Shown here piece by piece: positions 17,334-25,444 of a stretch of 64,000 nucleotides of DNA. Every line of letters begins with the position of its first letter. Within the stretch, counting starts at the first letter, position 1. A program made the translations under genes and the position numbers. This DNA comes from Patescibacteria group bacterium (GTDB lineage: Bacteria > Patescibacteriota > Gracilibacteria > JAHISY01). Under the pieces are notes generated by a model. That model searched no databases and had not been told where the DNA came from. It saw only the letters and a program-made list of their open reading frames with translations. The stretch spans positions 34,869 through 98,868 of the forward strand of contig JBAYIN010000002.1 of assembly GCA_041665585.1 (NCBI GenBank). The letters run 5' to 3'.

Positions 17334-17363
17334 GTTAATCCACGAGATATCTCGTGGGTTAAC
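17334..17363. repeat. 30-bp GTTAAC-type palindromic element, intergenic
   Basis: GTTAATCCACGAGATATCTCGTGGGTTAAC, between the proA start and the glycosyltransferase stop. Confidence 0.85.
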
Positions 17364-17373
17364 TTTATTGCGC

Positions 17374-18558
17374 TTATTTTACCACCTCAGCAAACGCGGC
17401 GAGCGTTTTTTTCGCCGTGTTTTCCCAGCTGAATTTGCGCGCGCGGACTTTGCCCGCCGCCGCCATTTTCTGTCGCAACTTTTTGTCAGCGAGAATTTTC
17501 GCGAGCGCGATGCGCCACGCATCGATATTTTCCGGCGCGACGAATTGCGCCGCCGTGCCGAGCACTTCGCGCAGCGGCGGAATATCCGCTGCCAAAATCG
17601 GCGTACCGGCGACAGCCGCCTCGAGCGGCGGCAGCCCGAAACCTTCGTAAATTGACGGAAAACAAAAAACCTCCGCCGCGGCGAGCAGCCCGGCTTTTTC
17701 CGCCTCGGAAACCGAACCGAGAAAATGAATTCCGTGTTTCGTGCTCGATGCGCCATGTTTCATGTTCCGTGTTTCATGTTTCATGATTCCCGGGTCAGCG
17801 AAAATTTTTCGATCGAAGTCGCCGGCAATCACGAGCTCAACTTTGTTCGAATCCCCGATCCGGGCCGAGGACAAGTTCTCCTTTTGCAGTTCGGCGAAGG
17901 CACGGACGAGCGTGCGCAAATTTTTGCGCGGCTCTAGCGTCGAGAGCGCGAGAATAAATTTTTTCGGTAACTTTTTGGGACGAATTTTTTGGACGGAAAT
18001 TCGGGCGGCGAGTGGCGTGACGGCGATTTTCTCCGCCGGAATTTTCCAAAATTCCGTGAGCTCGCTCTGCGTGAAATTCGAAACCGCGAGAATCCGATCA
18101 GCAGTCTGCGCAATCTTTTGGGAATTCAGAAAACGCTGCCACAGCATTGTTTTAGCAGAAAAAAATTGTGGGAAACGCGTCGGTGACAAATCATGAACCG
18201 TCACGACGAGGCGGCAATCGTCCGAGAGCGCGACCGGTCGCGGATCCGGCGACCAAAAAAGATCAATCTTCTCAGCACGCTTTTCATTCGAAAAAATAAA
18301 TCTATCAAGCGGTGGAGCGTCAAAAAAGCGCAGCCGGAAATTCAGAAGCCGATTCGAAAATTTCGTGTGAATTTTTTTGAAGCGCGGGGAGTGGGGAATC
18401 TCGAGCTCCGGGAAATTTTCCGTCGCTGAATTAAACCAGAGAAAATAGCTGTTTTTCTTGTCGAGACGAAAAATCTCGGCGAGCGTATTGCGGAGGTAAA
18501 TCTTGACGCCGGAAATTTGGTCGCCGGCGAGCGCGCGAAGATCGACGATTATTTTCAC
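17374..18558 (-). CDS. GT-B fold glycosyltransferase (family 4/1-like)
   Basis: 394 aa with C-terminal FPSIYEGFGLPPLEAAVAGTPIL (E-x7-E type). GTG start. Contains the in-frame MKHETRNMKHGASSTKHG repeat insertion. Confidence 0.85.
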   Translation of the reverse strand: MKIIVDLRALAGDQISGVKIYLRNTLAEIFRLDKKNSYFLWFNSATENFPELEIPHSPRFKKIHTKFSNRLLNFRLRFFDAPPLDRFIFSNEKRAEKIDLFWSPDPRPVALSDDCRLVVTVHDLSPTRFPQFFSAKTMLWQRFLNSQKIAQTADRILAVSNFTQSELTEFWKIPAEKIAVTPLAARISVQKIRPKKLPKKFILALSTLEPRKNLRTLVRAFAELQKENLSSARIGDSNKVELVIAGDFDRKIFADPGIMKHETRNMKHGASSTKHGIHFLGSVSEAEKAGLLAAAEVFCFPSIYEGFGLPPLEAAVAGTPILAADIPPLREVLGTAAQFVAPENIDAWRIALAKILADKKLRQKMAAAGKVRARKFSWENTAKKTLAAFAEVVK

Positions 18559-18626
18559 CCGCAGATTTTAGCGAAAAAATGGGAACATTAAATGTGTTCG
18601 GATTTTCGGAAAAAATTGCTTTGTAA
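18542..18626. repeat. about 85-bp direct repeat, copy 1 (636-bp period)
   Basis: tcgacgattattttcacccgcagattttagcgaaaaaatgggaacattaaatgtgttc... includes the first 6 codons of the glycosyltransferase gene. Confidence 0.85.
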
Positions 18627-18669
18627 TCGGGACACAAATAAGATTGCGTTCAATTTAATTTTGAAAATC

Positions 18670-19173
18670 ATGTTTAAGCCGAAGAATGGAGAAATTGATC
18701 TGCCAAATAGTCTAGAAGAAATAGCTGGGGATCGCGCAAATGTGGGCATAGTTTACGACGAGGCAGCAAAAGAGAAAATCCGAGAAGCAGCTCTCGCGCG
18801 ACTCAAAACAAAGACTAAGTTTCTCGCTGACCCTGTTGTGGAGCGTATTTCTACGCTCGTAGCCAACTCGAAAAACGCAGCCACTTTTCTCTCTAATGAG
18901 AAACTCAGTCCAGGTTTAATCGCCGACTTGTTCGGAAAATTCAACGACGCCAAATTAGCGATGCTTTTTTCGCTTAGTCCGGAGTTCACCTCAGATTTCA
19001 TGGATTTAAATCCTGAAGACAAAATCGAAGTTCTGCAAAGTTCTAAAAACCCAACTGACTTCGAACAATTAATTTTTGACAATAGGCCAATGATCAGGCG
19101 AAAACCAGGAGAAGGGGAGGGAGAAGAAAAGACCTATCCACTTTTTGATCCAGGCGTAGAAGGAAGCAATTAA
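18670..19173 (+). CDS. orphan protein, paralog 1 of a tandem pair
   Basis: I chose the ATG at 18670. The ORF-track start at 18592 lies inside the repeat, and the same frame is closed by a stop in copy 2. Shares a VANxxxAAxF...FEQL-type core with the 19307 ORF. Confidence 0.55.
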   Translation: MFKPKNGEIDLPNSLEEIAGDRANVGIVYDEAAKEKIREAALARLKTKTKFLADPVVERISTLVANSKNAATFLSNEKLSPGLIADLFGKFNDAKLAMLFSLSPEFTSDFMDLNPEDKIEVLQSSKNPTDFEQLIFDNRPMIRRKPGEGEGEEKTYPLFDPGVEGSN

Positions 19174-19177
19174 TCGC

Positions 19178-19263
19178 TCGACGATTATTTTCATCCGCAG
19201 GTTTTAGCGAAAAAATGGGAACATTAAATGTGTTCAGATTTTCGGAAAATCATTGCTTTGTAG
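19178..19263. repeat. about 85-bp direct repeat, copy 2
   Basis: About 90% identical to 18542-18626. Carries a relic of the glycosyltransferase start (MKIIVE...). Confidence 0.85.
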
Positions 19264-19306
19264 TTAGAACGGAAATAAAATTCTACCTTCTTTTAACCCC
19301 AAAAAT

Positions 19307-19816
19307 ATGAATGACTTACAAAATGGCGACCTTAGAGAAATTGGATCCGATGACATCAAATCCATGGAGGAAATAGTTAAAATGCGAAACGAGTTAGATT
19401 TGAGCGCAATTTATGATGGAGTTGAAGCAGACAAATTTCGCAAGACAGTCTTTGACAAGTTCAAAAAATTCTGTCCGGACGAGACTTTGCTTTCAAAGTT
19501 ATTTGAAAAAGTTGAAGTATTATCCAATTCTAATTTGGAACGCATCCTTGCACTCGTCGCTAATTTTCATACCGCAGCTGATTTTTTCGCCAACAATGAC
19601 AGCCTAAGCTCAAGTCGAATCGCGACTTTTTTGCAAAACTTTGATGACGATCAACTAAGAATGTCATTCTTAATTAGTGTAGCTGCTGGGGAAAAATTTA
19701 ATAAATTAAGCTTTGAGGCAAAACAAGAAATTTTCAGCAATGCCAAAACTTTACCCGAATTCGAAAAACTCGTTTTAGATTATAAAGCTGAAGAAGACGG
19801 CTCAAGCGGCAATTAG
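19307..19816 (+). CDS. orphan protein, paralog 2 of a tandem pair
   Basis: 169 aa. LERILALVANFHTAADFF...LPEFEKLVLDY aligns with paralog 1 at roughly one-third identity by eye. Confidence 0.55.
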   Translation: MNDLQNGDLREIGSDDIKSMEEIVKMRNELDLSAIYDGVEADKFRKTVFDKFKKFCPDETLLSKLFEKVEVLSNSNLERILALVANFHTAADFFANNDSLSSSRIATFLQNFDDDQLRMSFLISVAAGEKFNKLSFEAKQEIFSNAKTLPEFEKLVLDYKAEEDGSSGN

Positions 19817-19867
19817 TCACTCAATTTAAATTTTGTTAAACTCACCAAGTTTTAACCTTCTTTCGAG

Positions 19868-21388
19868 ATGCTCACGCAAAATGAATTTGGTTTTGATCTC
19901 GCGGTAGACAATCCGTTTGTGATTTTTCGCCTCCTCGCGAAAATCGCGAAAGATGCAGTCGGAATCGACAAAGTTCTTGACCTGAGTCGCGGCGATCCGG
20001 GATATGGTTTCGCGCCAAATGTAAGAAGCCGCCGATTTTATTCATTCCTCGTCGCACTCGACACAGTGCTGAATAATTTCGAGACGCACTTCAAAGACCG
20101 CACGAAAAATTCAGAAGCTGAAATCCTCGGAGAAATTGAAAAATTCGCGCGAGAGAATTACGCGGAAAAAGTCGCGGTGGAATTGCTCGCTGACCTCGAG
20201 GAGTTTTTGCAAAAAATAATTGAGGCGGCGAAGAACCAGGGTTTGAATTGGGGTAAATTCGAAGTCCTATTCGAGCTTTTCAAATATTCGACTGTCTCGG
20301 GCGGCTGCTACCACGATCCTTACGGTGAATTGCTCACGCGTGTCGTCATCGCTGATTTCCATTCACACAATCTCGGTGTCGCCGTGAAGTACTCCGATTT
20401 GGTTTTCACGAATGGCGCGAGCCACGCGATTGGCACATTTTTCAAAGCCTTCGGCGTCGAAGGCGCGGGACTGCTGAAACCAGGCGACGAAGTGATGATT
20501 ACCTCGCCGGTTTATTTTCCCTACATGGGCATCATGCAAGCGCGCGGACTCAAGATTACCTGCGTCTCCGCTGATCCTGCGACTGGACAATTCGCGCCAG
20601 ACGCTTTCGCGAAAGTCGCCGAAAGCAATCCGAAAGTCATCGTCCTCGTCGATCCGGACAATCCAACCGGACTGAACAAAAATGAAGCGAGCCTCAGAAT
20701 GTTGGCAGAATTTGCCGAGCAGAAAAATGCGATTATTTTGAGCGACGAAGTTTATTCGGCTTTTCATCCTGGTAAAAAATCGATTCTCGAATTCGCACCG
20801 AAACGCACGATTCGCATCGACGCGCGGTCAAAAATCGAACGCGCGACCGGCTGCCGTTTCGGTGAGTACATCATCCTCGACGGAGCGAACAAATTCATCA
20901 CTGAAAAATGGGCTGAATATCTGCCGAAGGGGATGGATGTCAAAACCTATCTCCACGACGCGAAAGCTCCGGGCGGCGTGCTGGGCGAATTCCGCCACAC
21001 GACTTTCGTCCCAGGTCCGAGCCAGATCCTCGGCATTTGCCATGTCTTGCTCGGCGCACCAGAACGCGCGCGTTACACGGAAATCGTGAAAGAAAATATG
21101 CAGGTCTGGTACGATGGACTCGGACTGCCTTATCCGAATAATTTTTATTATTCGCTAATCGACCTGAATTCGATTGCCAGCGCAGCGAAAAAAGCCGTCC
21201 CAGCCGAGCAAAAATTCCTCGACCTCGCCAAACTCGGCGTCGTGCTGATTCCCTCGAATTTGTTTTTCTCGCAAGAGGATCGCGCCGCCGAAGATCGCAA
21301 AAATTTCGCCCGCGCCAGCTTGCCGAATCTCACGACTGAGCAAGTCTCAGCCGCCGCCAGCAAAATCAAAGCATATTTGGCGAGCTAA
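19868..21388 (+). CDS. PLP-dependent aminotransferase, class I/II, unusually long (506 aa)
   Basis: DLSRGDPGYG..., DPDNPTG, and the PLP-lysine motif DARSKIERATGCRFGE (SK..x5..GxRxG). Confidence 0.8.
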   Translation: MLTQNEFGFDLAVDNPFVIFRLLAKIAKDAVGIDKVLDLSRGDPGYGFAPNVRSRRFYSFLVALDTVLNNFETHFKDRTKNSEAEILGEIEKFARENYAEKVAVELLADLEEFLQKIIEAAKNQGLNWGKFEVLFELFKYSTVSGGCYHDPYGELLTRVVIADFHSHNLGVAVKYSDLVFTNGASHAIGTFFKAFGVEGAGLLKPGDEVMITSPVYFPYMGIMQARGLKITCVSADPATGQFAPDAFAKVAESNPKVIVLVDPDNPTGLNKNEASLRMLAEFAEQKNAIILSDEVYSAFHPGKKSILEFAPKRTIRIDARSKIERATGCRFGEYIILDGANKFITEKWAEYLPKGMDVKTYLHDAKAPGGVLGEFRHTTFVPGPSQILGICHVLLGAPERARYTEIVKENMQVWYDGLGLPYPNNFYYSLIDLNSIASAAKKAVPAEQKFLDLAKLGVVLIPSNLFFSQEDRAAEDRKNFARASLPNLTTEQVSAAASKIKAYLAS

Positions 21389-22356
21389 TTTTTTAGGTTT
21401 GGCGCGACCTGCTTGATGACAACACAATCGCCGAACTTTTTCGTGGCATTTTTGATACCCTGAATAATTTCCTTCGTCACACGAGAGTGTAGTGGGTCAT
21501 CAATAATGAAAACCACAAAAGGGTTTTGCGGTGTAAATCTCTTTTCAACTTTTGCAATACCAAGCGAAATTTCGATGCGATGAAAAACATTTGTCCAGTC
21601 CGAAAGCGCAGGATGAATCGTAAAACCGTTCGGAACCTCGTCTTGAAGCTTGCTGCTATCAAAAGCAACATCTGGTCGCGTTCCGCCAATCAGGTCGACA
21701 TAAAAAGCCTCTTCCTTGTGTCCATGCGACTCGCGACTCATCCCCTCGAGAGGAATCCACGAATAATTCACTTTAAGTTCATTTGCGAGTGTCTCAGAGA
21801 AGAATGCCGCGTGAGCATCAACGACTGACTGCCAGCGCGAATCTGCCATCATCGCTGCGACGACTTGTGGTGCAACGCCCAAGGCTTGGAAAACTCGACC
21901 AAGATCGCCATTTGCGGCACCACATTCGGCATGCGCCGAAATACCTTTGATAATGTTTTTTAGTGTCAAATCTCTCAAAATATCTAAATAATCTTCATCG
22001 GGCAACAAAACCTTTTCTGATTCTCCGGTCAGTTCAATACCAAATCCTTGGAAGAAATCCGCCATCGGATGATTGCGTGGTAAAGCTAATTGTTTGCGTG
22101 GAAGCAAAATACCCGAACCAGCCATGCGCAAACCACCCTCTGTTCCGCCATCCATACATTTCACAATTCCGTCGCTTTTGAAAGCTTCTTTAATCTCCGG
22201 TTTATGAAAAACCTGTGAAATGCGATTGATGCGTTTCATATCAAAATCATGCTGTCCTTCTTCGGGATAATCCTTCTGGCTCAAAAATACGGAACCCTCA
22301 CCAAATTCTCCTTCAAGACTTTCCTGCTCGGTAGGCTCTTCGTAAATTTCAGTCAT
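21385..22356 (-). CDS. orphan 323-aa protein
   Basis: Long ORF with no family recognised. Contains KCMDGG and SAHAECGAA. Confidence 0.55.
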   Translation of the reverse strand: MTEIYEEPTEQESLEGEFGEGSVFLSQKDYPEEGQHDFDMKRINRISQVFHKPEIKEAFKSDGIVKCMDGGTEGGLRMAGSGILLPRKQLALPRNHPMADFFQGFGIELTGESEKVLLPDEDYLDILRDLTLKNIIKGISAHAECGAANGDLGRVFQALGVAPQVVAAMMADSRWQSVVDAHAAFFSETLANELKVNYSWIPLEGMSRESHGHKEEAFYVDLIGGTRPDVAFDSSKLQDEVPNGFTIHPALSDWTNVFHRIEISLGIAKVEKRFTPQNPFVVFIIDDPLHSRVTKEIIQGIKNATKKFGDCVVIKQVAPNLKN

Positions 22357-22447
22357 TTTATAAAAATTAAGTTGGGCGGAACTTTACGCTTTTGGGTCAA
22401 AAAGTCAAGTTCGTTTTTTTTCTGAATAATCGTAAAATCTCTTCTCG

Positions 22448-23713
22448 ATGAATGGTGACCTCGCACTCCTCGTAAATTTCGCTGTCGCGATTGGACTCGG
22501 CGCCCTCATCGGCGCGGAGCGCGAAGTCACGAAGGTCGGCAAAAAGGCGCGTCGGACTGGCGTGCAATTTTCGGGTTTGCGCACTTTCACACTACTCAGT
22601 ATTCTCGGGTTTGCCAGCGCGCAACTTACTGAGATTTTCGGGGCGATTGCTCTCGGTGGCACACTTTTGATTGTCGGAGTGTTTTTGTTCGCGGAATATT
22701 GGCGCGGAAAATTTTTGGGGATTACTTCTGATCTCGCTGCGCTCGCGACTTTCCTGGTCGGTGCGCTCGCCTTCGAGTCACGGCTCGCTGCAGCGGCAGT
22801 CGGCATCGCAGTCGTCATCGTGCTCGCCACGAAAAAGTGGGTTCGAGATTTTTTGCACAAAGTGAGTGAGAGTGAATTTCTCGCGACAATCAAATTCGTA
22901 ATCGTCACTTTCCTCGTTTTACCGATTTTGCCGAGTGAAGCGATTGACCCGTGGGGGATTGTGAGTCTGCAAAACGCCTGGCTGATGGTCGTTTTCATTT
23001 CAGCGATTTCTTTCGTCGGCTATGTTTTGACCAAAATCGTCGGCTCGCAAAAAGGTCTGAGTCTGACGGGGCTCGTCGGAGGACTCGCGAGCTCGACGGC
23101 TGTCACGAGCGCGATGGCAGTCGAGTCGAAATCAAACCGCAAAATCACCACGCCTTTCACGATTGCGATAGTTCTGGCAAATGTCGTGATGTTCGGGCGC
23201 GTCGGCTTCGAGGTCGCTATCTTAAATCGTGCGCTCCTGCCGCAGCTCGCATTTTCACTTGGTGCGATGCTGCTCGCGAGCGGCGGGGTTTTGATTTTCT
23301 TGTGGCAAATGTCGAACCACGCCGATCGACAGCAAAAATCCAAGCGAGAGCTCAAACTCGCGAGTCCATTCCAGCTTGCTCCCGCGCTTAAATTCGCACT
23401 CTTTTATGTTTTAATTTTGTTCGTCGCACATTTCGCGAATAAATTTTTTGGCACGCAAGGAGTTTATGCTGCAGCGGCTTTTTCGGGGCTCGCCGATGTC
23501 GATGCCATCACGATTTCACTAGCGCGCCTCGCCGGGTCGGGGGAGCTCGCACACTCGACCGCCGTGAATGGCATCACGATTGCCGTCCTCGTGAATACGC
23601 TCGTCAAGCTTTCGATTATTCAAATCTTCGGCGACCGCCAGATTTTCCGCCAAGCGCTCGTCGCGTTTTCAATTATTTTGGCTGCCGGATTGGCGGTGAT
23701 TTTTGCGTTTTAG
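22448..23713 (+). CDS. MgtC/SapB family membrane protein with a DUF4010-like C-terminal half
   Basis: N-terminus LLVNFAVAIGLGALIGAEREV is the MgtC signature. 421 aa, polytopic. Confidence 0.8.
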   Translation: MNGDLALLVNFAVAIGLGALIGAEREVTKVGKKARRTGVQFSGLRTFTLLSILGFASAQLTEIFGAIALGGTLLIVGVFLFAEYWRGKFLGITSDLAALATFLVGALAFESRLAAAAVGIAVVIVLATKKWVRDFLHKVSESEFLATIKFVIVTFLVLPILPSEAIDPWGIVSLQNAWLMVVFISAISFVGYVLTKIVGSQKGLSLTGLVGGLASSTAVTSAMAVESKSNRKITTPFTIAIVLANVVMFGRVGFEVAILNRALLPQLAFSLGAMLLASGGVLIFLWQMSNHADRQQKSKRELKLASPFQLAPALKFALFYVLILFVAHFANKFFGTQGVYAAAAFSGLADVDAITISLARLAGSGELAHSTAVNGITIAVLVNTLVKLSIIQIFGDRQIFRQALVAFSIILAAGLAVIFAF

Positions 23714-23836
23714 CTTGACAAACTAACTGAAAGTTAATGATTCAAGCAACTTTTTAAATAATAAGTCAAGCAATTATGACTTTATCGCGCAACAAAAAAC
23801 GATTATAATTCAAACCTATTTTTTAACTTCCTTAAA

Positions 23837-25078
23837 ATGAGCTTGTATGAAAACACGCAAAAGCTGATCGCCCGCGCTGGCACAACGATGAATCTTGCTC
23901 CGGAAATGCGCCTCATCATGAATGAACCCGAGCGCGTTTTGACCGTGAACTTCCACATTCACCGCGACAACGGCAAGCTGGAAATGTTCCGCGGCTTCCG
24001 TGTTCAGCACAATACTCTGCGCGGTCCGGCGAAAGGGGGAGTGCGTTTTCATCCGCAAGTCGACATGGAAGAAGTGAAGGCGCTCGCGGGTTGGATGTCG
24101 ATTAAGTGCGCCGTCGTGGATATTCCTTACGGCGGGGGAAAGGGCGGCATCGAGGTGGATTCGACGCAGCTGTCGGAATGCGAACTTGAGCAATTGACGC
24201 GCGAATTCACCCGCGCGATCGCGCCAATCATCGGTCCACGCCGCGATGTACCCGCACCAGATGTCCGCACGAATGGTCAAATTATGAATTGGATTGCGGA
24301 TGAGTACCACAAAATTCATCCCAATGAAGACGATTATCTCGCAGTCGTCACTGGCAAAACGCTGGACAATGGCGGTTCACTCGGACGCGACTCGGCGACA
24401 GCCGCTGGTGGCGTGCATGTTTTGGAAGCTTTTCTCGCGACGAAAAATGAAAAGGTCGAGGGCATGCGGATCGCAATTCAGGGATTTGGCAATGCGGGCG
24501 CCTGGATGGCGAAAATCTTGGCAGACAAAGGTGCGAAAATAGTCGCGGTGAGCGATTCACGCGGCGGAATTTACAATGCGGAGGGACTTGATATCGCCGC
24601 AGTGGAAAAAATTAAAGATGCAAAGGGGAGTGTCACTGCCGCGGTAGGCGAGCAAATTTCGAATGAGCAACTATTGGCTTCGGAATGCGATATTCTCATA
24701 TTAGCCGCACTGGAAAATCAGCTTACTGTCAAGAATGCTGATTCCGTCCGGGCGAAGATCGTCGCCGAGCTGGCGAACGGTCCGACTACGCCGGAAGCAC
24801 ACGAAATGCTTGAAAAACAAGGCATTACCGTCTTGCCGGATGTGCTCACGAATGCGGGGGGAGTCACCGTCAGCTTTTACGAATGGGAACAGAATCTACG
24901 AGGCGAAAAATGGAGCGAGGCGGATGTCGCGGCGAAGCTGGAAAAATCCCAGAAAACGGCGTTCGCAGATGTCGCGAATACTGCAGCTGAATTCAAAACT
25001 GATTTGCGCAACGGAAGTTACATTTTGGCACTGCGCCGAATCGAGCAAGCTTTCGCTGAGAAACACACCGTGAAATAA
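23837..25078 (+). CDS. gdhA: Glu/Leu/Phe/Val-type glutamate dehydrogenase
   Basis: 413 aa with KGGVRFH, IPYGGGKGG and GFGNAG Rossmann motifs. Confidence 0.92.
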   Translation: MSLYENTQKLIARAGTTMNLAPEMRLIMNEPERVLTVNFHIHRDNGKLEMFRGFRVQHNTLRGPAKGGVRFHPQVDMEEVKALAGWMSIKCAVVDIPYGGGKGGIEVDSTQLSECELEQLTREFTRAIAPIIGPRRDVPAPDVRTNGQIMNWIADEYHKIHPNEDDYLAVVTGKTLDNGGSLGRDSATAAGGVHVLEAFLATKNEKVEGMRIAIQGFGNAGAWMAKILADKGAKIVAVSDSRGGIYNAEGLDIAAVEKIKDAKGSVTAAVGEQISNEQLLASECDILILAALENQLTVKNADSVRAKIVAELANGPTTPEAHEMLEKQGITVLPDVLTNAGGVTVSFYEWEQNLRGEKWSEADVAAKLEKSQKTAFADVANTAAEFKTDLRNGSYILALRRIEQAFAEKHTVK

Positions 25079-25444
25079 AATTGCCTCAACCCAATCTAAC
25101 CCGAAGTTCGAAACCACTTTTGGGTTTGAACCGCGCAAAATTTTCTCCATGTTCCATGCTGTGTGCTTCATGTTCCATGCTCTATGTTTAAACCATGGAG
25201 GACAGCTCGAGCTAACCTCACACAATGTATCTTGTGTGAGGCGGTATTGAAGACTTCATTTCTCTCGGAAAAATCTTTAAAAAAAGACACCTCCGCGTTT
25301 TAACTTGTTGCTGACAGGAAAAATTTAATTTATTTTATAGAAACACAAAAGCCAAAGTGCTCACTCCCCTCGCTGGAAATCATTTTCCAAAATTGATTTT
25401 TCCGCCTTTTTTTGCTAAAATAAGGGGATTTTAAAACAAAAAAA

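Noticed and set aside
18592-18669. Upstream start codons offered by the ORF track (18592 here; likewise 2830 for rplF, 34637 for gmk, 35718 for the yraN-like gene, 42917, 44978, and 63241 for folD).
   Set aside because: The extensions overlap upstream genes, predicted promoters or repeat sequence. In copy 2 of the 85-bp repeat the same frame is closed by a stop. Internal ATGs give canonical N-termini.
21385-22356. Beta-carbonic-anhydrase-like zinc site (KCMDGG ... SAHAECGAA compared with CxDxR ... HxxCG).
   Set aside because: The Asp-Arg dyad is missing and the spacing and context cannot be verified by eye. The resemblance is too weak to support a call.
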